Shown: positions 39,127-51,285 of the stretch, piece after piece
How positions within the stretch are numbered: position 1 is the stretch's first letter
Layout of the letters: each line of letters opens with the position of its first letter
Origin: Mobula hypostoma
Lineage: Eukaryota
Length of the DNA: 64,000 nt
Direction of reading: 5' to 3'
NCBI RefSeq assembly: GCF_963921235.1
Contig: NC_086097.1
Location: 150,724,001 to 150,788,000 of the forward strand
Translations under genes and position numbers: made by a program
Notes under the pieces: generated by a model
What the model was told of the DNA's origin: nothing
Database searches by the model: none
Seen by the model: only the letters and a program-made list of their open reading frames with translations

Positions 39127-39507
39127 GAAAGTGGAATTCATGCAGGAATGCAATGCTGAGGTAAGAAGTCAGCCAGGATCGTAATGAATGGTAAAGCTAG
39201 GGCAAGATACTTAATGGTCTATTCCGGCTTCTGTTTCTCATATTCTTTTAGAAAACATTTAACATTTGTCCAAAATGAGTTGAGGAAAAAATATACTCCA
39301 AAAAATTAGTTCCATTGTACTCATAAGCTAATGCAAAAGAACAATTTGATCTAATAACTCATTACAATGAATACAAACCCAAATTCTTCTGGTTGGCACA
39401 GAAAACAGAAGCAAAAAATTAATGCATTTTAAGACTTGTTGCACAACATTTGTTCTGATAAGAACACAATCTTAAAAAAAAGGAAAAATCACAAATAAGA
39501 GAAAAAT

Positions 39508-39616
39508 CGGCAGATTATGGAAATCCGAGCAACACACACAAAACACCGGAGGAACTCAGCAGGCCAGGCAACATCGATGAAAAAAAAAGTACAGTTGATG
39601 ATTTGGGCCGAAACTG
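39508..39616 (-). mobile_element. Decayed Penelope-like pLTR fragment
   Basis: GCAACACACACAAAACACCGGAGGAACTCAGCAGGCCAGGCA matches the other copies. Confidence 0.7.
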
Positions 39617-40635
39617 GCTCTGTACTAATATTAAAAAATAAATGTGATCTCTTGAATATACCTACATAAATTGCACTTCACTGTGGTCTTATATGCCAAA
39701 TTGCTCTCTGTACTGTGAAAAAAAGATTAGAAGAAAACATTTGAAGCAGTTTACGTGGATAAAGCATTTTTAAAAACCTATGTTAGCAGCTTGATGGAAA
39801 GAATGTTAGCAAATTTAATAGGCAGCAATTGAACTTTTAAAGGTATTCAAATTCTAGGTGAGAGATTCATGTCCGTAATGCTTCAAGATGAAAGGACAAA
39901 TTGTCAATTTAGTAATCAGACAAGATTAATTTGCATTGTTTTTTCCATGCAGATCTCGCAGCCTGCAAACAAACGAGAGGTGAGAGTTTACAATGTTTAA
40001 CAGCCTTCTCTGAGCATTCAATACCCCATTAATACTTAATAGAATTTTCTTTATTACTGGGTGACAGATCTTTGCAGTTAAGTTTCAGAAATTGCAAAAA
40101 GTTCACCCTCATCAATTGTCCTTCAAAGTTTAATTTGAAACATTTTAGCCCATTCCTGACAATCTGATAGTCTACCACTACAGACAAGACCTAACTCTAT
40201 GCATAGCAGGCAGGGACTTCATAGCAGAACAACAGGTAGTCACTTAAGCTATAGAATATTTGCAAAACAGTGCAGTGAAGCTTTTGCAATTCTAAACTAA
40301 CAAATAATTGTACAATGTGTGGATACAACATGTACTAGGCTCATCCCCAAATACTGTATAGTAATTCTTCCTTCTTCAGTCTTTTTAGTTCTAATTTAAC
40401 AGATTATATTTCCTATATATTCATCCAACTCAAGTACAGCTGTTATCCAACACTGGCAACTACTCAACAAAATGGAAAACAAACCTGGTCTTTTTTAAAA
40501 TATAAAAGGCAGAACAAGTCTTACAGATTATCTTTCCCTGAATGATGGAAGTTTTCACTAACAGCTAGTTGTTCACCATCACTTATATGTTTATGTCCTA
40601 CCTTGACACCTCGATTCCAGATTTCAACTATAAAC

Positions 40636-41160
40636 AATCAGAATCAGGTTTAATATCACTGGTCTATGTTGTGAAATTTGTTGTTTTGCAGCAGCAGTAC
40701 ATTGCAATACATAATAATACAAAACTATAAATTACTATAATTAACTAAGTCATGCAAAAATAGTGAGGAAGTGTTCATGGGTTCACTGTCCATTCAGCAG
40801 TCTGATGATGCAATGGAAGAATCTGTTCCTAGAACGCTTAGTGTGTGTATTCAAGCTCCTGTACCTCCTCCTTGATGGTAGCAAAGAGAAGAGGGCATGT
40901 CGTGGGTGATCCATCTTTTGAAGGTACCCTGAACGCTGGCAAGGCAAGTGTCCATTGTGAAGCCGGCTGAGTTTATGCCTTTCTGCAGCTTTTTCCAATG
41001 CTGTGTAGTAGCCTCTCCATACCAGATGGTGATGCAACCAGTTAGAATGCTCTCCACAGTACATCTGTAGAAATTTAAGAGTGTCATTGGTGACAAATCA
41101 AGTCTCTTCAGGATTAATGAAATATAGCCTGTCATGCCTTCTCTGTAATTGCAAAGACAT
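40636..41160 (-). mobile_element. Rex1/Babar 3' portion
   Basis: ORFs LLNFYRCTVESILTGCITIWYG and HPRHALFSLLPSRRRYRSL. Confidence 0.88.
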
Positions 41161-42020
41161 GCCTTTGCAATTTTTCTGATATTAGTGTCAGCCATCTCCC
41201 TTATGCTATCTGAAACAAAATACAAAATTCTTAAAATACCTGTTGATAAACAGCACCAGCAGGAAACCTCATAACACTGTTCTAAGAAACAGCAGGCAAA
41301 TTTCCATCATAAGTTGCACTGTTCCTCACAATTCTGATCTTAGGAATTGCTCCTTGAAGGATCCAATCAAAATTTAATCTGTACTTTTTCAGCAAGTGAG
41401 CGTGCACACAAGAAATGCATCAATAATAGGGAGGGGAAGGCAATGTAGGTTTTTGATAAAAGAGTACAGGAGTATCCATGATATGAAGTTTGGAACTATC
41501 TACCCAAGAGGGCTGTGGAGGAAGAGTTAGAGTGTACTGCAAATAGATACAGACTTTTGGATATTGAAAGGAATTATTTGATAAATTAAGGGATTAAATC
41601 ATATTAAAGGATATATCTAGGGTGCCCAAGACTTTTGCTTGGTACTGCAGAAATTTTATATATTGCACCGTACTGCCGCCGTAAAAAAAATTTCATGACA
41701 TATGTAAGTGATGATAAACCCAATTCTGATATGGGTCTCTATTGTGGACTGAGTGTGGGAAGGAGGCAGCGAGAGAGGAATCATGGCTGGGAAAAGAAGG
41801 GTGAGGGGAGTGGGAAGCACCAGAGAGACATTCTGTAATGATCAATAAACCAGTTGTTTGGAATTAAAGGACCTTGCCTGGTGTCACCCATGCCACATCC
41901 TGCCCCGGCGCTCCTACTGTCACCTGTCCCTCACCTCTCCCACAGTGCTTCACCCTCACCACTCTCAACGTCCTTTGCCCCGCCAGATTTACAAACTTGC
42001 TTTCCACTCATTGAAAAATA

Positions 42021-42087
42021 CAGTACTGTGTAAAAGTGTTCGGCACTCTCGCTACATATATGTGACCAAGACTTTTGCACAGTACTG
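42021..42087. mobile_element. 67-bp Tc1-type MITE
   Basis: TA-CAGTACTGTGTAAAAGT...ACTTTTGCACAGTACTG-TA. Confidence 0.75.
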
Positions 42088-42842
42088 TATATGATAGATC
42101 TCAGAAGAGACAGATTGCAGCAGTCCTGAGAAAATAATCTGTTTGGATCACATTCTTTGAGATTTGTTGCACAGGATTCAATCTATAAATGCAAGTTGCA
42201 GGTATCCAACCCTTGAAATGAAATTCAGCTTGCACCTTCAATGTTAGTAAAAAGCTGGGTAGTTATACGGTAAGTAAACAGCAAACTAATGAGGCTAAAG
42301 ATTTTGCCAAAATATAATTGAGCCCTGTATCATTGTCAATGTCATTTGAATATTCAAATCTGATTGTCAGCATCTGTTGCAAAAATTCTTGCAAGTCTTT
42401 TTCTTAATAACAAATGGCATTTAGTCACTCAGATGTGTTTAAATGACTTAATAACATTTCATCCACATAACTTCTTTTGGATACATATTGTGTAGATGAA
42501 CTGCTAGCCCTATTATTTAGCAACCTTGTTTTACACAAATTAGTTGGTATATTTACCAACAATAATCAGCTGGGAAACAATCAAGAGATCATACAAGATT
42601 CTATAAAATGCAAGCTCCTTTCTACAGTGCTATAAGCTTTGGATAATATACTTGATCTCTTCTGTTATTGTTTAACTTGTGCTTACCTACAAATTTAGGT
42701 GCCCCCTATGATGCCAAGAAAGATACTAAATACTATCTGGGTCACTGAAGCAAATAGCTCCAGATTCCATGTACTCCAGAATTGACTGCAATTTTGCAAA
42801 TAATTCTACACAAATACAAAGTAAATATATCTTCTGCATGTG

Positions 42843-43017
42843 TTTCTGGATGCTTTCAAGAAAGAGATGGATAGAGCTCTTAAAGATAGTGGAATCAAAG
42901 GTTATGGGGATAAGGCAGGAACTGGATACTGATTGTGGATGATCAGTCATGATCACAGTGAATGGCGGTACTGGCTCGAAGGGCCAAATGGCCTACTCCT
43001 GCACCTATTGTCTATTG
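42843..43017 (+). mobile_element. Young CR1 3' end
   Basis: Near-identical to about 9000-9165, with a (CTATTGT)2 tail. Confidence 0.85.
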
Positions 43018-43757
43018 TTAGCATTGTATATTCTTTTTCCTCCGTAAGGAACATAGTGAGTTAATGCTGACAGAAAACAGTTTTCTGATGTTGGAAGATT
43101 ATAACCCAGTTATGAAATTTGGAATCCAAGAGCATCCTCAAACTACTTGTCTATCTCTTCCTCTGATATTACATACACATTTTACGTTATTGATCTGCAC
43201 GCAAATAGCATCTGATTCCAATATAAAACAGCAAACAAGGGAGAAACAGCACTTATTTGTAGTTCACATGCCAAAAGTGAAAGGCCAAGGAATAGAACCA
43301 CTGTACTCATTTCACTCCTATTTCTTCTTCTTCTTCCACCCTGGATAAATTACAAACCCGACCAAATAGGCTTATTTTGTTAGTGTAAAACTAAATTAGA
43401 TGGCATATCTTTCACCTTTAGAAGGTTTGACCTAAATAGAATAGGAAGTATTTACAGAATTGTTTTAAAACCATTTATAGCAAAGGTTTTGACTGTATTT
43501 CCCGAAATAAGCAAAACAATATGCTACCTGCATGGGAACTTAGAGGATGGACATTCATGAACTCAGTCAAAAGCTTATAGTGAAGATGAAAATTAAGATG
43601 TTTGCAGTGACAATAAAAAGGGTTCTCATGATGTGTGTTATTATTTATTTGTCAGTATGGAAAAACAACCAGGGATTTTAAAGACAGGGAGAACAATTTT
43701 GGAGTATGGACTGATGCATAGAAATTGCATACGCGTTCCAGACATGTCATTATAGAT

Positions 43758-44333
43758 CAGTGGTCCCCAACCACCGGACCGCAAAGCATGTGCTACTGGG
43801 CCGTGAGGAAACGATATGATTTGGCGATATGAAACGATACGAGTCAGCTGCACCTTTCCTCATTCCCTGTCACACACTGTTGAACTTGAAATAACCTACC
43901 AAATCATAACAAATAACACACAAAACCTAAAATAGCACTAACATATAGTAAAAGCAGGAATTATATGATAAATACACAGCCTATATAAAGTAGAAATAAT
44001 GTATGTACAGTGTACTTTCACTTAACGAAATCGGGAAGATTAAACCAAAACTGATTTATAGAGAAAAAAATTGGCACGTACATGCATGCACACGTCAATG
44101 TATGCGTATGTCATGCATGCGCACACAGGTGCCCGCGCAAGGCTTCATGGTCATGGTAGTCTTTCTCAGGGTAAACACAAGTGTCCCATATTTGACTGCT
44201 ACTTTTGTCCCTTATTTAGGAGTGAGAAAGTTGGCAACCCTATTTGAACACCCCCCACCTCCCGTCGGCCAGTCCGCAAGAATATTGTCAATATTAAACT
44301 GGTCCGCGGTGCAAAAAAGGTTGGGGACCCCTG
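43758..44333 (+). mobile_element. Non-autonomous hAT element of the same family as 35594-37142
   Basis: Same TIRs and shared subterminal sequence, with a different non-coding interior. Confidence 0.9.
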
Positions 44334-46779
44334 TGTAGATGACCAAGGGAAAAGAACAAATTATTTATTCCAAAACAAATTTATTAAGATATTAATTTCT
44401 TCTTCATCACAGATGAAAACTTTTGTGGAAACCTCAATTCACCTGCACCAATACATCCTCACCAGCAGATAACCATCACTTTCAGAGCCTTATTAAAATT
44501 GGGTAACAATTGCAAATTTTCACTGGTGTCAGAAAATACTACCTCATTCTGTTAACAATATACAATTTAACTATACTATGAGAACTTTAGAATTATTAAA
44601 CATCCATTTAAAAAAAAAACAGGGGATTCCCTTTCCACCAACTATTTGGAAAATTCTCATCAACTGTCTTGTATTCCTACTGTAATGCTAGAAGTTTTGA
44701 ACCCTTCATTCCACTTCCCCAAAGGAAGTTTCATGGAATCCCTACTTCAGAAAATATCACGATTGCCACTGAATAAACTATTTTAGGAAGGTGATTCTGC
44801 AGTGGTTGAACACTGACTCCATATTACCTTAATGGTCTCCTTCGCTCTCCCCCCCCCCCCATAACTGCATACCATTTTCTTGACATTTGCCATGTTCAAC
44901 CTGTTCAAATGAGGATTCTTTTGGTTAAAAAAAAATACTTCCTCGCATAAACTTCTCAGGGTTTTATTTTAACTATACTATGTATGAGTAACTAACTTTT
45001 GAGGGAAATACATTAACCAAGGAAGGTAAATAAACGAGGAAAATTTTACAATCACATTATTCCTTATTAGAAAAAAAAATAGGAGTTGTATTCGAACTTA
45101 ATCACTGTTTCACCTCAAGATGGTTTAAGGTAAACTTTGTTGTCCCAAGATTTCCCTAAATCTCTGCCACAAATTTAAAAATATAAAATTTTTAATTGGC
45201 AGGGAAGAATTGTTCTGAAAGTGCTGTATCATCATGATCTGTAGTCACACCGAAGGATCTCACAGTTAAAATATATTAATTGTGGGCAGGCAAATTCCAC
45301 AAAGGAAAATTCCATAAGCAAAGTGGTGTACATGGCCAAATGAAGTGTTCCTTTGCAATGCTCATTGGAGCAATAAATATTCACTAGGACTTCAGGAAAA
45401 CTTCCTTAACCTTTTTGATGAGCGATAGGATTTTTTTTGCCTACACCCAAAGCATTGGTTTAAAAACGGTCTGAAAAATAAGACCTCAATCAATTCAACC
45501 CAGAGTACATACTTAAATCAATAGAGTGTAGATTGAACCAACAGACTTCTAGGGTCAGATGATCATTACACCATGGATTCAAGTCAGGACAAACAGGATG
45601 CAAGAATTAAGATACTTTCTGAAAGATGGGAAAAATGTCTCAAGTGTGAAAATTTCAACACTAAATGTTACTTTTTTCCCCCTCTTCAGAGTTCTATGCC
45701 TATTCAAATTGCCTGCATACACAACAAGATAACTCTAGGTTGTTGCCAAGATTTTGAAAATCACCCTATTATTTTCCACAGTTAATATGTTTAAAAACCA
45801 TAAATAAATCTCAAATGCATTACCCATTGTATTTGTAAAGATAATTGTGCAAATATATTCAATAATCAACAGACATGCCGTGACACTGTTCTCTTCTGTA
45901 GTTATAACAGCTACTAATAGCCTAAACGTTATACGTAATTTCCAGTCTCCAAAGTTTTCAGACAAGATAATTAACCAATTGATCCAAGGTTGTTTACTCA
46001 ACAATTAGACAGTTTGGCCTCAGAGCAACCACTCCTTTCATTCGAATTGCACCGGCAATGTAGCGAAACACAAGCTTGTTTAAAACACTAGACTGTAAAC
46101 ATTTAAATCAGAAGTGAACAGCTCAAATCTAAATGGCAAAAGGGAACATACTTACTAAATCATTTCTTGTTTTTTTTCGCTCTCTGTCAGGTAACCTGCC
46201 TTCCTGGGAAAAGGAAAGGAAATTCCTACCCTATCAAATTGATCTCAGGATGTAACTACTAGGAATTCCCCATCGGCAACTGCTAAGTAACATTTTAAAG
46301 GAATAGAACCCAAGCTGTCATACTCTGAAATCAAGAAATACCAAATGTTACTAGTATTAAATCCAAGTGCCAGAAAGTGAAGAACCACCCGCCAGTCAAA
46401 AATCAAAATGCATCCTGATATATGCTTTAACGGCAGCACGGGGGGAGAAAAAGAGGTAGCAAAATTGTGCTAAAAATATGGACGAAGGGCAGACTTAGAA
46501 AATCTCTGCTAATGACAACCAGTTGACATTTCACAACAAACAAAATGGAAATTCCAGAAGAAAAGACCTCACCCTTTGATCAGTGAAACATAAAATAACT
46601 TTTGGACAGCCGAGAAAGTAAATATTTAAACAAAACTTTAACAAACTAATATATTCATCTTAAAATAAATAGAAGTGCACCGAATCTACTTTATATTCAT
46701 ATAGTTCAATTATTTGCTTTAAAACAAATTTGCACTAAAATATTTGTGAATTACCGTGATTACCGTTTATTCAAGCAAA

Positions 46780-47570
46780 AGAAAAAGATGGAATTAAACA
46801 CACAAATTCGGGATGAACCTCAGCGGATACTAGACAGAAATTTAGCAGTTCTTTCTCCCCAGCAGACAGGGGTTTAGTTACAGCGAACTCCGCCACCACG
46901 GAGGTCACTGAAACATTGACTCGGTCTCAAGCGAAGGCCCCTGCTGAAGTGGCGGCCTGTCGTACGACTGCCGCCGGGGTCGGCATTCGTCAGCCGCTCG
47001 CTCCCTTCCTTCCACCAGTAAGCACTGTCAACTTAAATAAATACTAAATGCTGTAACTTTATTTTACGCTGCCAGTTGTCTGATCCCGTCCATCTGTTCT
47101 GCGATCCGCCTCTGTCTTTCGTTTGACCTTTTTTTCCTCCGGTGTTTTTTTTCTCTCTCCAAACTACCGTTTCCCCTCACAACAAAAATATCACCTAGGC
47201 CCCAACCGTCACTCCCACTGCACCCCATCCCTCCCCTAGATTGACAATGCAACCAGCCAATAAAATATAGGATTTCCTTCCCTCCCCGCCCAGCCTCTGG
47301 ACCTCTTTTCGAATTGACATAGTTTGAACCCAATCACAATGCCCGACAACTCTCACTCTCTGCCAATCGGCATTGGAGGAGGCGGGGCTGACTTCTGATT
47401 GACAGAAGAGGTTGAGTTCCATTCCATTGACGTAAGCATCCTTTCCCGGATTCTTTTATGATCGACCGCTATGTTACCCAATTAGCGCTCAGACCGAACA
47501 ATCAGAGTTAGGGGTGGTGAGGTCGGGCAGGGTTGACCTGGATAGTGACGTTAGACACCACCAATTTAGC
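46780..47570. promoter_or_regulatory. CpG-rich promoter-like island
   Basis: Local CpG enrichment with no repeat recognised. CCAAT boxes at about 47258, 47330, 47363, 47478 and 47561; GC boxes CCCCGCCC (47284) and GGAGGCGGGGC (47378); CRE-like TGACGTAA (47428) and TGACGTTA (47546). Confidence 0.7.
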
Positions 47571-47689
47571 AAATTATTCGTTGTTATATCCAAATCATTG
47601 AAACCTATCGAATTTAGATACGGTGGAAGTGGAGAGGATGTTTCCTATAGTCAGAGTTGAATAGCAATTCATTAGTAAGGGCAAATAAA

Positions 47690-48350
47690 AAATAAGGACA
47701 AATGGAGTGGCCATTGTGTGAGTGGACCAGTGTCAGAGTGGGGAGGCTTCGGCTCAATAGGCTTAGGCAAGGTATGTTTCTGGTAGCTTTCTTCTTCTTC
47801 ATTCTTCATTCTTCGTCTGTTATTACATAGCTAAAGCAATGAGAATGGCTCCAGGGGCAGTGTTGTATTCTTTATATGAGATGTGGGAATTCAGGGAAAC
47901 CTCCAGGTTCCTAGATAAACACATCTGCACCAGGTACACTGAGCTGCTGCTCCTCAGAGGATATGTTAAGGAATTGGAGCTGCAGCTCGATGACCTTCAG
48001 GTGATAGATAAGACTATTGGGAGGTAGTCACCCCTAATTTGCAGGAGGCAGGTACTTGGGTGACTGTAGGGTGAGGGAAAGGAATGGGCAGCCAATGCAG
48101 TGCCCCTCTGTGCCGTTCCCCTCAATAATAAGTATACCGCTTTGGATACTGTTGGGGGGATGGCCTAGCAGGGGGAAGCCGCAGTGACTGAGTCTGGTGC
48201 TGTTGCTCAGAAAGGAAGGGGGAAGAAGAGGACTGCAGTAGTGCTAGGGGATTCCATAGCTAGAAGAGTAGACACGAGATTCTGTGGACACAGTAGAAAT
48301 TCCTAGCTGGTATCTTGCCCCCTGGGTGCCAGGGTTAGAGACATCTTGGA
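47690..48350 (+). mobile_element. CR1 5' UTR/ORF1 remnant, resuming at about 50326-51285 (ORF1 end and endonuclease)
   Basis: HICTRYTELLLLRGYVKELELQLDDL, then EQLVIEPTRGSDILDWV...SDHNMIEF in the distal part. Confidence 0.8.
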
Positions 48351-48354
48351 TCGA

Positions 48355-49039
48355 TCTAGGAATAATGGTGCATAGTTCCCTGAAGGTGGAATCTCATGTG
48401 GATAGGGTGGTGGAGAAAGCTTTTGGTATGCTGGCCTTTATAAATCAGAGCATTGAGTATAGGAGTTGGGATGTAATGTTGAAATTGTACCAGGCCAAAT
48501 TTGGAGTATTGTGTACAGTTCTGGTCACCGAACTACAGGAAAGATGTCAACAAAATTGACAGAGTACAGAGAAGATTTACAAAAATGTTACCTGGGTTTC
48601 ATCTCCTAAGTTACAGAGAAAGGATGAACAAGTTGGGTCTTTTTTTCTTTGGAGCGAAGAAGGTTGAGGGGGGAATTAATAGAGGTATTTAAAATTATGA
48701 GGGGGATAGATAGAGTTGACATGGATAGGCTTTTTCCATTGATAGTGGGGGAGATTCAAACAAGAGGACATGAGTTGAGATTTAAAGGGCAAAAGTTTAG
48801 GGGTAACATGAGGAAGAACTTCTTTACTCAGAGAGTGGTAGCTGTGTGGAACGAGCTTCCAGCAGAAGTGGTTGATGTTGTCATTTAAAGTTAAATTGGA
48901 CAGCTATATAGACAGGAAAGGAATGGAGGGTTATGGGCTGAGTGCAGGTCAGTGGGACTAGGTGAGAGTAAGAGTTCGGCATGGACTAGAAGGGCCGAGA
49001 TAGCCTGTTTCCGTGCTGTAATTGTTATATGGTTATATG
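48355..49039 (+). mobile_element. Young CR1 3' portion
   Basis: ORFs EYCVQFWSPNYRKD and NFFTQRVVAVWNELP; (GTTATATG)2 tail. Confidence 0.92.
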
Positions 49040-50002
49040 ATTTCTAGAGCCATCTCCTTATGTACCTGAGATGCAGACCATCAGGCCTTCAGTCTCATCA
49101 GTCTACCCAACACCATTTTCTGCCAAATATGAATTTACTTCAGTTACTCCGTTACCTTCGGTCCTCTGGCCACTATTACATCTGGGGGATTGTTTGTGTT
49201 TTCCCTAGTGAAGACAGATTTAAAGTACCTGTTCAACTCATCTGCCATTTCCTTGTTCCCCATAATAATTTCACCCGTTTCTGTCTTCAAGGGCCCAACT
49301 TTGGTCTTAACTAATTTTTTCCTCTTCCCATACCTAAAGAAGCTTTTACTATCCTCCTTTATATTCTTGGCTAGCTTACCTTCATACCTCATCTTTTCCC
49401 CCCCGTATTGCCTTTTTAGTTATCTTTTGCTGCTTTTTAAAAGTTTCCCAATCCTCTGTCTTCCCCCTCATGCTTGCTATGTTATACTCCTTCTCTTTTA
49501 TTTTTATACTGTCCTTGACTTCCCTTGTCAGCTACGGTCGCCCCTTACTCCCCTTAGAATCTTTCTTCCTCTTTGGAATGAACTGATCCCGCATCTTCTG
49601 TATTCTTCCCAGAAATACCTGCCATTGTTGTTCCACTGCAATCCCTGCTAGGGTATCTTTCCAGTCAACTTTGGCCAGCTCCTCCCTCATGGCTCCATAG
49701 TCCCCTTTGTTCAACCGTAATATTGACATTTCCAATTTTCCCTTCTCCCTCTCAAATTGTAGATTAAAACTTATCATATTATGGTCACTACCTCCTAATG
49801 GCTCCTCTACCTTGAGCTCCCTTATCAAATCCGGTTCATTACACAACACTAAATCCAGAATTGCCTTCTCCCTGGTAGGCTCTAGTATAAGCTGCTCTAA
49901 GAATCCATCTCAGAGGCAATCCACAAACTCCCTTTCTTAGGGTCCAGTACCAGCCTGATTTTCCCAGTCTACCTGTATGTTGAAATCCCCCATAACAACT
50001 AT
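49040..50002 (-). mobile_element. CR1 ORF2 endonuclease/linker fragment, inverted
   Basis: ORFs EPLGGSDHNMISF and NIKEDSKSFFRY...EMADELNRYFKSVFTRE. Confidence 0.9.
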
Positions 50003-50322
50003 AGAAGGTTGAGGAGAGTAGGAGAGATTCAAACAAGAGGACATGAGTTGAGAGTTAAAGGGCAAAAGTCTAGGGGTAACATGAGGGGGAACTTCTTTAC
50101 TCAGAGAGTGGTAGCTGTGTGGAACGAGCTTCCAGCAGAAGTGGTTGAGGCAGGTTCGATGTTGTCATTTAAAGTTAAATTGGATAGCTATATGGACAGG
50201 AAAGGAATGGAGGGTTATGGGCTGAGTGCAGGTCAGTGGGACTAGGTGAGAGTAAGAGTTCAGCACGGACTAGAAGGGCCGAGATGGCCTGTTTCCGTGC
50301 TGTAATTGTTATATGGTTATAT
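50003..50322 (+). mobile_element. Second copy of the young CR1 3' end
   Basis: Near-identical to about 48740-49039. Confidence 0.9.
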
Positions 50323-51285
50323 GGAACATATAACCTGTACAAAAGGGACAGGTTCTATCTGAACCTGAGGGATCCTTGTGGGCAGGTTTGCTAGGACTAA
50401 CAGGGATTGTTTAAATTAATTTGGCTGTGGGATGGGAAACTGAGTGACTGGGCTGAGGATGGGGCAGTTGGTATACAAGTAGATGCAATGTGTCATGACA
50501 CTGCGAGGAATGACAGGTAGATGGAAGGGCAAAGCTGCTGTCAGTGGGAAGAGTTGCAGTATAATGGGGACAAAATCGAAAAGGGTCATGAATACAGGAC
50601 TGAAGGTGTTATACATGAATCCACGCAGTACATGGAATAAGATCTCATAGCATATTTAGAGATTGGCAGGTATGACGTTATGGGAATCACTCAGTTGTGG
50701 GTGAAAGAAGATTATAGTTGGGAGCTAAACATCTAAGGATACACAGTATATCGAAAGGACAGACAGGTAGGCAGAGGTGGTGGGGTGGCTCTGTTGGTAA
50801 AAAAATGAAATAAAATCCGTAGAAAGAGGTAACATAGGATCAGGACATGTAGAATCATTGTGCATAGAGTTAAGGAACTGCAAGGATAAAAAGACACTGA
50901 TAGGAATTGTATACAGACCTCCAAACAGTAGCCAGTATATGGGGTACAGATTACAATGGGAGATAGAAAATGCATGTCAAAAGGGCAATGTTATGATTGT
51001 CATGGCTTTTCAAAGGGGAATATGCAGGTAGATTGGGAAAATCAGGTTGGTGCCGATCTCGGATCCTGAGAGAGAGTACGTAGAATGCGTATGAGATGGC
51101 CTTTTGGAGCAGCTTGTGATTGAGCCCACTAGGGGATCAGATATTCTGGATTGGGTGTGTAATGAACCAGATTTGATTAGGGAGCTTAAGGTAAATGAAT
51201 CCTTGGAAGACAGTGATCATAACATGATAGAATTTATCCTGCAATTTGAGAGAGAGAAGCTAAAGTCAAATGAATCAATATTACA

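Noticed and set aside
42019..42030. miR-101-like TACAGTACTGTG
   Set aside because: It is the TIR of a Tc1-type MITE.
44530..44580. let-7-like TGAGGTAGTA on the minus strand
   Set aside because: Only 10 nt match; there is no mature sequence or hairpin.
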